The notes: generated by a model not told the origin, from the sequence alone. Counted from the first letter of the whole stretch, positions 1 to 13,625 are shown. The stretch is 62,474 bases of DNA, filler included, from Chiloscyllium plagiosum (GCF_004010195.1; 4 parts of one record of this genome joined end to end with filler, not necessarily neighbours in it); one strand, 5' to 3'. Numbers and translations are program-made.

Positions 1-612
1 GGATGTGGTGTCCTCTACGTCGGGGAGACAGGACGCCAACTTGCAGATCATTTCAGAGAACATCTCTGGGAGACCCTTACCAACTAACCCCACCACTCCA
101 TGGCTAAACACTTCAACTTCCCCTCCCACTCTACTCAGGACATGCAGATCCTGGGTCTCTTCTATCTCCAAGCCCTAACTACCCGATGCCTGGATGAAGA
201 ACACCACATCTTCTGCCTTGGGACCCTGCAACCACACAGGATGAATGTGGTTTTCACCAGTTTTCTCATTTCCCTTCCACCTCACTTTATCCCAGTCCCA
301 GGCCTCCAACTTGGCACTGCCCTCTTGACCTGTCCATTGTCTTTCCATCTATCCACTCCACCCTCCTCTCTGACCTATCACCTTCTTCCCCCACCTTCAT
401 CTACCTATTGCATTCTCAGTTACCTTCCCTCCCAACCCCACCCCCTCCCATTTAACTCTCAGCCCTCCAGTCCACGAGCCCCATTCCTGATGAAGGGCTT
501 ATGCCCAAAACATTGATTCCCCAGCTCCTTGGATGCTGCCTGACCTGCTGTGCTTTTCCAGCAACACATTCTCGACTCTGATCATCAGCACCTGCAGTCC
601 TCACTTTCTCCT
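1..612 (+). mobile_element. Penelope-like element 3' end (GIY-YIG endonuclease remnant plus terminal repeat with decayed hammerhead)
   Basis: Starts with CGVLYVGETGRQLADHFREH (GIY-YIG-type LY(I/V)GET...F.EH). Ends in the cctgatgaagggc..gccc[g>a]aaac...ggatgctgcctgacctgctgtgcttttccagc tail; hammerhead remnant at 487-513. Confidence 0.8.
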
Positions 613-859
613 AGGAGCAGATAATCAGGAAGGCTAATGAAATATTAATCCTATTTCACAGGAGTGAGAATAAAAGAGTAGAGAAATCTTACCTCAACTG
701 GAGAAGGTACAGTGGGAAAATTTGAAGCTGTTCATTTTGAAAGGGAGAACAAAGCTTTATTTAAATAGAGGAAACCTGCAGAAAGCTATAACGCAAAGGG
801 ATTCAGGAATACTGGTTCACAAATACACATCTCACATCTGCAGCACCGTGAGCATAGCC

Positions 860-2405
860 TAATTAATAATGTTGGGTCACATGGGATTCAGGTGAACTTG
901 CCAACTGAATACAAAACTAGCTCAATGGCAGGAGACAGAGAGTAATGGCGGAGGGTTGATTTTCGGGCCGGAGACCCGTGAACAGCAGTGTACCGCAGGG
1001 ATTGATTTTGGGTCCTCCTTTGTTTGTCACTTATATTAATATCTTGGATAAGAATATATAGGCATGGTTAGTAAGTTTTGGATGACACTAAAACAGGTGG
1101 CATAGGAGACAGTGAAGATGAATTTCTCAGATAACAAAGGGACCTTAAATCAAATGGGTGAATGGGCTGAAAAATGACAGATGGAGTTCAATTTGGATAA
1201 ATGTGAGATATTGCATTTTAGTAAAACAAGCAAGGGTGGGACTTATACAATTTATAGTAGGGACTTGGGTAGTGTTATAGAACAGAGGGACCTAGGAGGT
1301 ATATAATTCTTTAAAGTTTGTGTCACATATAAACAGGATGATTACAAAGATGTTTGGCACACTTGCTTTCATTGCTCAGTCCTTTGAGTATAGGAGTTGT
1401 GAAATCATGTTGAGGTTGTGTAGGACTTTGGTGAGGCCTCTTCGGGAATAATGTGTCCAGTTCTGGTCACCCAGTTATAGAAAGGATATTATGAAGCTGG
1501 AGAGGATTCAGCAGAGATTATCAGGATTTACAAGGGATGGAATATTGAAGTTATAAAGATAGAGTGGATAGGCTGGGACTCATTTCACTGGAGCATAGGA
1601 AATCTGACAGAAGTTTATAAAATAATGAGAGGTATAGATAGTGTTGATGGCAGTTGTCCTTTTCCTAAAACAGAGAATTTGAAGACTAGGGTGCAATTTT
1701 AAGGTGAGATGAGAGAGATTTAAAAAAGATATAAGAAGCAAATTCTTTACACAAAGAGTATGCACTTCCTGAGGAAGTGGTGGATACGGGTATAGTTACA
1801 ACATTTAAAAGACATTTGGATGGATATATAAACAGGAAACACTTGGAGGGATATGGGCCAACAGTATGCAGGTTGGACTAGTTTTGTTTGGGATTATATT
1901 TGGCATGGACTGGTTGGACTAAAGGGTCTGTTTCTGTGCTATATGACTCTATGACTATACCATTTCACTGGAGGCAGCGTAAAGAAGGTTCACTATGGAA
2001 GGATTGTCTTATGAGCAAAAGCTAAAACAGTGAGGTCTACTCACTGGAGTTTAGAAGTATGAGAGGTGATCTTATTGAAACAATAGGATTCAATGGGCTT
2101 CACAGGATAAATGCTGAGAGGGTGCTGCCCTTTATGGGGGAGTCTAGGAGCAGAGGGCATCAAGGGGCAGCAACTTACACTGAGATGAAGATAAATTTCT
2201 TCTCTCAAAGGGTTGTATGTCTTTGGAACTCCTTGCCAAAGAGGACTGTGAGGGCAGAGTTCTTTTATATATTTTTTGGGCTGTGTTATTTAAATTCTTG
2301 ATCAGTCGGGGAATCAAGCGTTATGGGGCAGAATACAGGGAATGATCCTATTGAAAGGTGGAGCAGACTCAAGATATATAATGGCTTCCTCTTGTTCCTA
2401 GTTCT
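860..2405 (+). mobile_element. CR1 LINE RT/3' fragments (two adjacent 3' ends)
   Basis: CR1 RT-like sequence with agtgtaccgcaggga (S.VPQG), gatgacactaaa (DDTK), QFWSP and RGDLIE motifs. Microsatellite-like tail ctatatgactctatgacta at about 1940-1957. Confidence 0.85.
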
Positions 2406-2784
2406 TAAAACTTGCAACTAAAAAGCCATGTCAACTAACCAGTGGGAATTCTCATAACCGCCCATCTGGGGTTCACTAATGACCTGTAGAAAAGGAAATC
2501 TGCATACATGTGAACCCAAACCTATAGCAACGTGGTTTATTTTCAACTGCCCTCTGAAATTACCCAGTAAGCAGTTTGGTTCAATGGCAATTATGGTTGG
2601 GCAAACAATGCCAGCCTACCTACTAACACTCATGCCATATTAAATAAAAAGTTACATCAAAAATGCTCTTTTGTCTGGGACAGAAAGATGTGACTGTGTG
2701 TGAGACAGTTAAAAGGAATCTGAATTTAGCTTTTGAGCAGGCTCAGCCAGTATCCTGGTCTAATAGGTATGAGGGTCTTACTCA

Positions 2785-3170
2785 TAGAATGCCTACGTTA
2801 TTCGGCCCATTGAATCCACACCGACCCTCTGAAGAGCACTCTACCCAGATCCACCCTATCCCTGTAACCTTGCATCTTCCCATTGCTAATCCACCTTGCC
2901 TGTACATCCCTGGACACTACAGAGCAATGTAGCATGGCTAATCCACCTTGCCTGCACATCCCTGGACACTACAGAGCAATGTAGCATGGCTATTCCACTT
3001 GACCTGCACATCTTTGGACTGTGGAAGGAAACAGAAGAACCCGCAGGAAACCCACAGACATGGGGAGAATGTGCAAACTCCACACAGATAGTCACCCAGA
3101 GATGGCATCAAACCTGGATCCCTGGCGCTGTGAGGCAGCAGTGCTAACCACTGGGGCACCGTGCCACCCA
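2785..3170 (-). mobile_element. HE1-type tRNA-derived SINE with an expanded internal 52-bp repeat
   Basis: Minus-strand head ggcacggtg..cagtggttagcactgctgcctcacagcgccaggga.cc.ggtt (Pol III A/B boxes) and a CR1-like tail. Repeat units start at 2885, 2937 and 2989. Confidence 0.85.
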
Positions 3171-3325
3171 CCCTATTGTGGATGAATATGCAAATTGCAG
3201 GGAAGATTAGTGAGCTGACTACAGTGGTCCAGTGTCCATATCTCTTCTAGACTGGTTAGGCATTTGGAGAGGAAAGGTAGGAATCCAGTTGTTTCAGTCC
3301 ACTTACATACCAATGACATAGGTAG

Positions 3326-3955
3326 TCAAAAAGTTGTGCTGCTGGAAAGGCGCAGCCATTCAGGCAGCATCCGAGGAGCAAGACAGTTGACATTTCAGGC
3401 ACAAACCCTTCGTCAGGAATGTGGGGGTTGGGGGAGTGCTAGGTGCCAAGGAGGCTGTGAGATGAATGGGAGGTGGGTGGGGCTAGGGGGAAGGTAGTTG
3501 GGAATGCGATTGGTTGGGTCTGCTTCAGGACGTGGCTGAAGAGTTTCAGGGCAGAGGAAACAACCTGGGGGTGCAGTGAGAGAGGGACTCACTGAGATCT
3601 TTATAGAGGGAGGAGGAGAACTTCTCAAGGTGGGCATCCTTGGAAGAGGATTTGCAGTAAGGTTAAAAACAACTGGCAGAAACTGACTGCAGTGTGGTGC
3701 TGGACAGTCACAGCAGTTCAGGCAGCATCCGAGGAGCAGGAGAGTCGATGTTTTGAGCATAGCTCTTCATCAGGAATATGGGAACTTCCCACCAGCCTCA
3801 CCCACCTCCCATTTATCTTTCAGACCCCTTGGGTCCCTCCCCCCTCACATTCCTGATGAAGAGCTTATGCTCAAAACATCGATTCTCATGCTCCTCAGAT
3901 GCTGCCTGACTGGCTGTGCGTTTCGAGCACCATACCTTTTGACTTTGATCTCCAG
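3326..3955. mobile_element. Composite Penelope-like insertion (two minus copies plus one plus copy of the hammerhead-bearing terminal repeat)
   Basis: Flanked by a 15-bp TSD caatgacataggtag (3311-3325) / caacgacataggtag (3956-3970). It sits inside a CR1 ORF1 remnant (VHLHTNDIG). Confidence 0.85.
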
Positions 3956-4789
3956 CAACGACATAGGTAGATTATTAAAGAGTTTCTGATGAGGGATTAT
4001 AACTAATTTGGTGCTTAGCATGGGTCATATTTGAGCTGTGTTGGGACCAGTGTGGTAACAAATCATGGGGCAGCACAATGGCTGGACGCAGGGTAGAATG
4101 ACTATGTGAAAGTGGAATAACTGAGAAGGCCGCCCCTTGGTGAGGGAGTCTCCTGATCCGGTATCCCAGGGTCCTTCCCGCCTCACCTCCTTCTTCCCTC
4201 CCAAACTCCATTCTTCTTCACCTCAAGCCATTGCAAAGGGGAGCAACGTCTCAGAGGAGGCCCCAGTGAAAACCAAATATCAGCTGTCACTGATCTCAAA
4301 GGAAAGACCTACATAGGCATGAAGAGTGTCAGTGGGAGCCTATCTGCAGATGCATTGCCGCTGACTCTGTCACGTGCAAACAGCAGTGACATCAGTGCCA
4401 AGTGGGCGGGGGGATCCTGGCACGCTGCTGCCAGCTGCACATGTGCAGATGCTCCTGCACCCTATTGTGGGCAGTGAGGCTTTCACAGCTCGAGATCCGC
4501 ATGTGCGGGGGCCATTTTCCATTCCTAATAATCACTCCGGAGTCCGCCTGTCAGTTAGTGTTACAGGAACAGATTATCAAATCGTTACCACATTGCTTGT
4601 AGGAGTTTGCTGTGTACAGGTTAGCTATTTCATTTCTTAGTTCTAACACTGTGCTTCATAAAGTTTTAATTGGTGTTAAAGTGATTGGAAATGTGCCAAT
4701 GTCCTGAAAGGTGGTTTATTAAGTCTTTCGTTTGAGTCCTTCTCATCAAAGGAAGTTGCTACTGCTGTAGTCAGGCACATTTTCATTAT

Positions 4790-6030
4790 ATGGACGTTCC
4801 GTATCACCTTTTCCTCATGGAGAAATTTGCAAAGAAAAACACCTTTGGCCTATCAGGAAGTGGTCAGCATTTAGCATCTTGTGACCCTGAGGGAAAAGGA
4901 GAGGATGAATCCTGTCACGTGGTTCCCTGAGCAGACTTTCAAAGTCATTTGGCAGATGCCTCATCACCAGAACTTTCCAACAAGCATAAAGATACCACTT
5001 GGTTAGTTGTGAAAATGGCACTACCTATAAGATCCTTCATGTACTCCTGGTCCATCTGTGGAACCGCACACTGCCCTCAAAGCAGCTGCGTTGCGTGGGG
5101 AGTAAGTTGAGACTGTCACACACCTCCTGCTGGAATGTGCCTTTGCAAAGGAAGTCTGGAGAAAGATGAAGTGATTTTTGTCAAAGTTCATCCTGAACAG
5201 CTCCACTGAGACAAATATCAACTGCACTTGAAGGGCTATCAACTCAGTGAAAGACATTCTTTGGTCTGTCCGAAACTTGGTCTTCCAATACAAGGAGTTG
5301 ACCTTGACTGAGTGTTGCAGACTGGTACATTCCAAGGTCCAGTTCTACGTGCTAAGGGACACACTAAAGTTCGAGGTAGCTGCCGCCAAAGCGCAATTGG
5401 GAAAGATTGCGCCAAGGTTTTCCTGCTGAAGTTAATTGGGGATCTGTTCAGTTATCAGACTCTCCAAGTGCCTCAATATGTGTAAATATAGAATTGTATG
5501 CAGAAGAGATGCATTTGATTTGTTGGGATAAAGTCAAACTCAAATGTTTGTTTGTTTACTTGATGTGCTACTGTACAGAACAAAACTGCATTAATGACAA
5601 TGTATACATGCAAGAAGATTTAAATGAATAAAGTATATTTTTTCAAATGAAGTGGTTCTCCCAGTTAATTGGGTATCTGTTCAATTACTGGACTCTCCTA
5701 GTGCCTCAATGCGTGTAAATACAGTCTTGTATGTGTAAGAGATGTCTTTGATTTGTTGCGATACAGTCAAACTCAAATATTTGAGCCACATTCCTGATGA
5801 AGGGCTCTTGCCCAAAATGTCAATTCTCCTACTGTTCTGATGCTGCCTGACCTGCTGTGCTTTTCTGGCACCCCACTCTCCACTTTGATCTCCATCTGCA
5901 CTCCTCACTTTCTCCAAATATTTGTTTGTTTACTTGGTATGCTATTGCACAGAATGGAACTACATTTGTGATCAATGTATATATACAAAGAGATTTTTTA
6001 TGAATAAAATTAAAAAAAAAATAAAAAACA
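4790..6030 (+). mobile_element. Tx1-like (L1 clade) 3' fragment plus a second tandem 3'UTR/polyA copy
   Basis: 4790-5430 is homologous to 11765-12420 (ETVTHLLLECAFAKEVW zinc knuckle). The 3'UTR at 5431-5645 recurs at 5665-6030 and ends in aataaa plus an A-tail. Confidence 0.85.
5784..5914 (+). mobile_element. Short hammerhead-bearing Penelope terminal-repeat insert
   Basis: TSD caaatatttg at 5774-5783 and 5915-5924. Contains ctgatgaagggctcttgcccaaaa (decayed core). Confidence 0.85.
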
Positions 6031-6849
6031 AAGCCAATCTTGGCTACAACTTTGGAAACCACAATTTACCCTATATATTCACTCTTAAAATGCCTTTGTG
6101 AATTTCACCAAGGCCATGTTCCCAGTCCCATTTCTCTCAGGAAGAGATAGCTCTGAGTCTGCAAGCTTCAAGTAAGCTATGGTTTATTCCAGCAGACACA
6201 ATGAAGTAAGTCTCAATTGCATGAAAGACTCAATTACATAAAGGTGGCAGCATATACTTACAGTTACACTATTTCAGAACTCATCGCTCATTTAGCAATT
6301 GCATCATTTAGCAGTTGAAAATAAACCACATTGCTATGAGTTTGGATGTGTATGGAGGCAGATTTCCTTTTCCAGGACATGAGTGTACAAGATACGTGTT
6401 GATGACAATTGCCATTGTTGAGGTTGACATGGGTTTTCAGTTCCGGATTTTATTAAAGACTATAAGGAGTAGGATCAAGAATAGATGATTTAACACTTTG
6501 AGCCTGCTCCTCCCTTCAGTAATGGAGAAGAAATATAGATGGGTTCAGGCACTTTCAGTACACTGTCCAATATGCGTGAAAGGACAGTGCAGAGGTGAAG
6601 TGAGAGGAATTTGCTCCCAGGTCACTTTTCCCCCCAGAAAATCTGTTTTCCTTCTAATATTATTCCAAGGACAGGATTTGTATTTTCATATAAAGGAAGA
6701 AAAAACAATTTTGTTTAACAAATCGCAAAGACGCCTCTTCAAGGATTATTTTGAGATGGTAAAGAAAATTTTCCTTTGTTTTCTATTGTCCATAATCAGC
6801 TCGCCTCAGTTATACAGATAGCATTCTTTCCCAGCTCTCATGAAAGCTT

Positions 6850-8065
6850 CATCAATGTAACATTTTTTTTAAAGGGAAACAGGCACAAAATCTGTCACTA
6901 TAGGTCAGTTAGCTTAATGCCTGTGTTGGAATATATTATAAAAGCAGAGCATTATAAGTATACATGATCAAACAGAGTTAGGGTGCCTTCATGAAGGGGA
7001 GATCATCCCTGACAAATTTACTGGAATTCTTTGAGGAGGTAACAAGTGAGATAAATAAAGAAGAGGTAATGGATCCAATATGCCTGGATTTTCAGAAGGT
7101 GTTAGATAAAGGTCCACACGGTGGACTATTCAATAATTAAGAGCCCATGATGTTGGAGGAAGTATATTTAGCATGGATAGAAGATTAGCTAACTAGTAAA
7201 TGACATACTTGGGATAAGGAGGGCATTTTCAGGATACTGTAACCAATAAAATGCCGCAGGGATTAGTGTTGGTGGACATAATTAATTACAATATATGTTA
7301 TTGAACTAGATGAGCAAAGTGAATGTGCTACAGCCAAGTTTGCGGATTACACAAACATAGATCTGCAGGCAAGTATTGAGGATGACACAGATTCTGCAGA
7401 ATGATATGGACAGGTTAATGAGTGGGCAACAACTTGGTAATAGGGAAAGCAAATGGAATGAAGGCCTTTATTTCAAAGAGAATAGAATATCAAAGTAGGG
7501 ATGTTTTGCTAAGTTTATACAAGGCACTAGCCAGATCACAATTGGAATACTGTGGACTGTTTTGGGCGCTTTACCTAAGAAAAGATACACCAGCATTGGA
7601 GTTACTCCAAAGAACATTCCCTAGGCTCAAGCAGGTTTTGGAGGACAGTTTCAGTAGTTTAGGTTTGTACTCATTGGAATTTCATTTAGAAGAATGAAAG
7701 GCAACATCATTGAAACATACAAGATTCTTAGGCAATTTGACAGGGTCAATATGAAAAGGTTGTTTCCCCTTAGTGCGGAGTCTAGGACCAGAGGGCATAA
7801 TCTCAGGAAAAGGGATCACACTGTTTACGTCACAGGGAAGGAGAAATTTCTTCTCTCAGAGGGTAGTCAACCTGGGGAATCCTTTACTGCAGAGGGCTGT
7901 TAAGCATATTGAAAGATGCGATAAACAGATTTTTTAAAACAGGGAATCAAGGCTTATGGAAAAAGGCTGGAGTGGATTTGAGGAGTACCAGATCTGCCAT
8001 GATCTCAAATGCTGGAGCAGACTCGATGGGCTGAATAGCCTACTTCTGCTCTTCCATCTTATGCC
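6850..8065 (+). mobile_element. CR1 LINE RT to 3' end, degenerate
   Basis: YRSVSL, LTNLLEFFEEVT, DFQK, KFAD and LEYC..FWA motifs, followed by a CR1 3' tail. Confidence 0.85.
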
Positions 8066-8149
8066 TTATTTGAGCTTATGGAAGCAGCCAACTTCTATCT
8101 GGTATCCTTTAACACCTCAAGTTCTTTGATCACAGGCACTAAGACCCAT

Positions 8150-8378
8150 CTTTCTTCCTGCCTTCTCATCGACCTATCACAATCACCCCCCCTTCTGCAT
8201 TTACCTATCGCCTTTCCAGCTACCTTCCCCCCAGCCCCACCCCCTCCCCCATTTATCTCTCAGCCCATTTCCCTCTACTCTTCCATTCCTGATGAAGGGC
8301 TCATGCTCGAAACATCGAACCTCCTGCTCCTTGGATGCTTCCTGACCTGCTGTGCTTTTCCAGTGGCACACATTTTGA
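8150..8378 (+). mobile_element. Penelope-like terminal repeat with hammerhead (8289-8316)
   Basis: attc-ctgatga-a-gggc-tcat-gctc-gaaac-atc followed by the ggatgct.cctgacctgctgtgcttttcc tail. Confidence 0.8.
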
Positions 8379-8949
8379 CATGAAGGCCCATCATTCAGGT
8401 TCACTCTCACCTGTCCTGCACACTCAAAAAAAAAACCTAGGATAATGAGCTTGTCTGGGCGCCAGATAACGTTGTGATGTCATAGCTCTTAAAAGGATGT
8501 GCCGATTCCTTAAAGTGGAGCTGGTCGTGGAGTAATACGTCACAGTTGGCATAGCAAAGTTGCACAGGCAGCCTTTGCTCTTTTGACTTAGCAAGATGTG
8601 GAGATCATGCCACAGGAAATGCAATAAAGCTGGATATCTGAAGGCTGTCCAGCAAGATTGAAGGCGATAGTTGCATAATGTTGTTCCTCTCGTTGTTGTT
8701 TTGCAAAATAAACTTGGAATTCAGTCATTCCAATGACATTCTCCAGCTCTTTTTGTGATTTTTCTCCCCTGTCCTCTGTGTCCCTGTGTTCGCATAACTC
8801 ACTTTTACATTGCCCTACTGCTTTTTCAGGCATTATTTTCACCTTCAATTCCTATCATAGCTCCTCTCTTCTGGTATTCGCTTCTTTTTTCTTTATGTTT
8901 GCATTTTTTAAACTTTTCAAAACTTTTTAAACTGACACAGCCAGAATCA

Positions 8950-11900
8950 GATTGGAATGAAGGAGACATCAGCACAAGGATTGAATGCCGTCTCAGGGAG
9001 GCGGGTCCATGGGGTGAAGTGGAGACAGGTCCCCGAATTGGTGGCTATCATGAAGAGGTGATTCCCTGTCAAGGGTAGGCAAGACTCCTTCCAGACCAGA
9101 GACAACGCCTAGAGTTTTAAAGCCCAGTGTAGTCTGGGAGGCTAGGTGCCCCAGAAGGATGGAGGGGAGCAGATGGCAGCCAGCAGGGAGGTGTGGCAGC
9201 CAATCCAAGCCCCTACAGGATAGAAGGAGGAAATGGAGGAGGAGCAAACCAAGGAGGCAGAGGAGTGAATTCCTGTAAAAACAAAACAGGAAGAGGAAAC
9301 CTTGCCAGGCCCCCAAAACCACCCAGCAAAAGGGGAAACGACACCTGCATGAGCCAACTTTTCAGATGTTGAGGACGGGCATAAGGAGGGTCGTCACCAG
9401 GGAGAAAGGAGGGAAGCACCGACCAAACAGGAAACGATGAACCCTCTGAGGGGACTGGTAAAGACCACCCACCACCCAGTGAGAACCAGGAGGTACCCAC
9501 CGCCCCACAGCTCCAGGTAACTGGGAACAGCGATCCTCTGATAGCCCTGCTGTCAGACAGAGAACGAGACTGCGCGAACCCTGGTCCTGACCCGAAGACA
9601 CCAGAGTGGGGAAATGTCCGCAGCGTGGAGCCGGACAGCTACCACAGCCCTGCGAGTGTCCACCAGTGTCCTTCCTGGCCAACGTTAAAGCCGACATCCT
9701 GTTTCTGCAGGAGTGTGGGATACCACACCTCAGCAGCTACAGGAGATAGTTGAGCTCATGGGCCCATGGGCCGTCAGTTTGGTCGGGGGGCAACGATAGC
9801 CACGCCTCCAGCCTGGGCATTCTGTTGCGAGGAGGCAACTTCACCATCTCTGAGGTTAAGGAGGTGGTGGATGGGTGTCTCCTCGTCGCTGACGTCATGT
9901 ACAGAAACGCTCCCCTGAGACCGATTAATGTGTACACCCCAACAGGTAAGAGTGAACGGTTGGCCGTCCTGCAGCAGCTTCCACTGTTGCTGGCTACATC
10001 CAGGCTGGTCATTCCGGCCGAAGACTTCAACTGTATCATTGAAGCAGATGGACGATCCGGTAGGGGGGACAGTTTGAGTCACCAGCGGACTGGTGGGAAA
10101 CAGTAAAAGAGAACATCAAGAGGTTCTTCATCCTCAAAGGTGTTCAGAAGGCAAGAGAGAGGTGGGGAGAACTGTCCCAGCTCCAGGAAAGTATGCAGAA
10201 CCTGCTTCTGCTGCAGATGATGGGGATTGATGTCACGGAGGACCTCCAGGAGGTGAAGGGCCGGCAAGCCTTGCTCTTTACCTCGGAGGCCTCCAAGATA
10301 ATCTTCCAGTCCAGGGTCCGCTCGGTGGAGCAGGACGAGACTTGTTCATGTTTCTTCTTCCAGAAGTGCACAGAGAACTCCGTGCTCAGCAGCCTGAAGA
10401 AAGAAGATGGCTCGATAATGTCATCAGTAAATCCTTCTATGCCAGTCTGTATGACGTGAAGCCAACAGATAGCGCAGCTCCCAGTTGTTCCTGTCCTCTA
10501 TCACAGAGGTCTTAGACGACAGAACACGTGAGAGGCTGGACCAGCCGCTATCTCCAGACGAGCTGACCAAGGCCCTCGAGTCCTTCGAAAAGAATAAAAC
10601 TCCCGGAAGCGACGGCTTACCGGTCAAGCTCTATTCTGCTCTGTGGGACTTGATTGACCAGGACCTGCTGGAGGTGTATGTCAGTATGCTTCGGGCAGGT
10701 ACCATGAGTGAATCCATGAGGAAAGGCATCATCACCCTCATCTACAATTGGAAGGGGGAGAGGGAGGAATTCAGAAATTGGAGACCAATCTCACTGTTGA
10801 ATGCGATTACAAAATCTTGTCAAAGGTCTTCACCAGCCGGGTCAGGTCTGCTCTGGGATCGGTGATCCACCCTGACCAAACCTGTGCTTTACTGGGCAGG
10901 AAGATCGCTGAGAGTCTCGCACTTCTCAGGGATACGATGGCCTTCGTGCAGGACAGGGGGTTGGACACCGGCCTCATCAACCTGGACCAGGAGAAAGCCT
11001 TTGACAGATATCACATACGTATGTGAGAGATGTCCTCTCCAAAATGGGCTTTGGGGAGGGAATCTGCAATTGGATCAGACTGCTCTACACCAACATTGTC
11101 AGTGCAGTCTCAATCAATGGGTGGGAATCAGATAGCTTCCCAGTCAGATCTGGAGTCAGGCAGGGCTGCCCTCTCTCTCCTGCCTTGTTTGTGTGCTGCA
11201 TAGAGCCATTCCGAGGCAAGAGTGAGGCCATACTCTTCGGGAACTGGGCCGACCAATCCTCCATTCCCTTCACCATCAGGACTGACCACCTGAAGGTGCT
11301 GGGTATTTGGTACGGAGGGCTGGGGTGTGCGCCAAGTCATGGGAGGAGCGTATCAGCAAAGTGAGGCAGAAACTGGGCAGATTGAAGCTACGGTCGCTCT
11401 CCATCGTGGGTAAAAACCTGGTCATCAGGTGTGAGGTACTGTCAGTGTTGTTATATGTGGCACAGGTCTGGCCTATCCCCAGAACCTGTGCCGCCGCAGT
11501 CATCTGGGCCATCTTCCATCGAGATCAAAGATGGACCGGGTCCGAAGGGACTCGATGTGTAAAGATCTGGGCAATGGGGGAAAAAACACACACCCAATGC
11601 CACCCTCACCCTGATGGCCACCTTTGTGTGTGGCTGCATCAAACTGTGCGTGGATCCTCAGTACGCAAATACCAAGTGTCACTACGTACTGAGGTACTAC
11701 CTGTCCCCGGTGTTGCGAAGGATGGGCCTGGCCTCGCTGCCGTGGAACGCTCCGAGTAGTTGGACCGTTCCATATCACCTGTCCTTCGTGGAAAAATTTA
11801 TGAAGAAAAACACCTTTGACCACAAGTCCATCAGGAAATGGTCAGCACGTAGTGTTATTGAGACCCTTCGGGAAAAGGAGAGGGCGGATCCTGTTGAGCG

Positions 11901-12652
11901 GTTCCCTGGGCACTCTGTCAAAGTCATTTGGCAGAATGCCTCATCACCAGAACTTTCCAACAAGCACCAAGACATGGCTTGGCTGGTGGTGAGAAGGGCT
12001 CTGCCTGTGAGATCCTTTATGCATGCCTGGACTCTCTGTCGCACTGCATGCTGCCCTCAAAGCGGCTGTGGAGGGGACGAGACTGTCACACACCTCCTGG
12101 AATGTGCCTACGCAAAGGAAGTCTGGAGAGGAATGCAGTGGTGTTTGTCGAGGTTCATCTTGAGCAGCTCCATGACCCTGGACACTGTACTCTGCGGTCT
12201 GTTCCACGGGACACACACCGAGACGAACATCAACTGTGCCTGGAGGATCATCAATTCGGAGAAAGATGCTTTTTGGTCTGTCTGAAACCTGTTAATCTTC
12301 CTGACCCCGACTGAGTGTTGCAGACTGGCACATTCCAAGGTCCAGGACTACGTGCTGCGGGAGGCGCTGAAGCTTGGGACAGCTGCCACCAAGGCGGGGT
12401 GGGGGAAGACCACAGTGTAATGTCTGCCTGCCAAAGAAGAACAGGGGGCCCACTCAGTAAGTGGGCTCTGCTGATGCCTCAGCTAAACATGTGGATATAC
12501 GGATGGTAAACATACAGACCTGTATGTACAATGATTAATTCCGATCTCTGTATGCAAAGAAATGGAATGTTTACGTATGTATGGCATGACCAATTGTACA
12601 GATCATCAAAATATTTTGTGAATAAAGTATATTTTTGAAATAATAAAAAAAA
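8950..12652 (+). mobile_element. Tx1-like L1-clade non-LTR retrotransposon, long but disrupted
   Basis: APE endonuclease (ADILFLQEC, INVYTP, EDFNCI), RT (KTPGSDGLP, NWRPISLLN, LDQEKAFDR, GVRQGCPLSPALF) and C-terminal CPQSGC..ETVTHLLEC. AATAAA plus A-tail at about 12621-12652. There is an internal RT deletion near 11215. Confidence 0.92.
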
Positions 12653-13284
12653 GCTAGGTACCAACATGGACTGAGGTGGAAGGACTTGTAAACTGTATAC
12701 TTTTATTTTTTAGTTTTCCTTTCTTATTCTTATGGTAGACTTTTAACTTTTTTTTAAATTTTATACCAAATACTTAAGCATCTATACCAAGGGTATCATG
12801 TACCAAAAATGACGCCATAAGTGGTGACTTGTAAACTTTTCACTGTACTCATTTGAGTACATGTGACAATAAGCCTAATTCAATTCTTTTACTCTTCATT
12901 TTCAACAATCCTTTGGTAGCTTTCTGCTGTGGCATTACTCTACTACTTTTTAAAGAGCAGATGTAAATGAAGCTTGAGCCTGTGCTTTTGATGTGTACCT
13001 CTCTCATTGTTGTTTAAGGCCCTTGTACCATGCATGATGGGGCCTGTTTGAACTGACCACTGAATACCAATTGAGTCTGATGAATTCAGTTACTCACTCA
13101 TGTGAAACATGCCCAGCACAAAATACTGATTTGTTAGAAATTAAGGCAGCATATTTAAAAGGTTTTTACAATACTGAGCAAACCCAACCGAATGCTTCAA
13201 TGGGTATTATTCTCAGTAATTCCACATGTTTTCTGAAATAAAAACAGAGATTGCTGGAGAAATTCAGCACAGATCTAGAATACA

Positions 13285-13625
13285 ATAGAATTCCTACAGT
13301 GTGGAAACAGGTCCTTCGGCCCAACAAGTCCACACCAACCATCCGAAGAATAACCCACCCACATCTATTCCCCTATCATATTATCCTATACTCACCCTGA
13401 CTAATGCACCTAACCTACACATCCCTGAACACTATGGGCAATTTAGCATGGTCAATTCACCTAACCTGCACATCTTTTGGATTGTAGGAGGAAACCAAAG
13501 CACCTGGTGAAAACAGACGTTGGGAGAATGTGCAAACTTCACACAGACAGTCGCCCAAGCCTAGAATCGAACCCAGGTCTCTGGCATGGTGAGGCAGAGT
13601 GCTGACCACTGATCCACCGTGCCGG
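13285..13625 (-). mobile_element. HE1-type tRNA SINE
   Basis: Same tRNA-like head (ggcacggtgg..cagtggtcagcac...ggttcgattc) and body as 2785-3170. Confidence 0.85.

Noticed and set aside
3100..3170. tRNA-like sequences (also at about 13600, 15190, 17940, 50270 and 59040)
   Set aside because: These are SINE heads continuing into SINE bodies, not standalone tRNA genes.
8424..8848. Cys-containing minus-strand ORFs as a possible relaxin/insulin-like neighbour of PLGRKT
   Set aside because: No CC-x3-C-x8-C A-chain or RxxxR B-chain pattern.
13075..13110. ctgatga...gaaac resembling a hammerhead
   Set aside because: No stem II pairing between the core boxes and no PLE tail.
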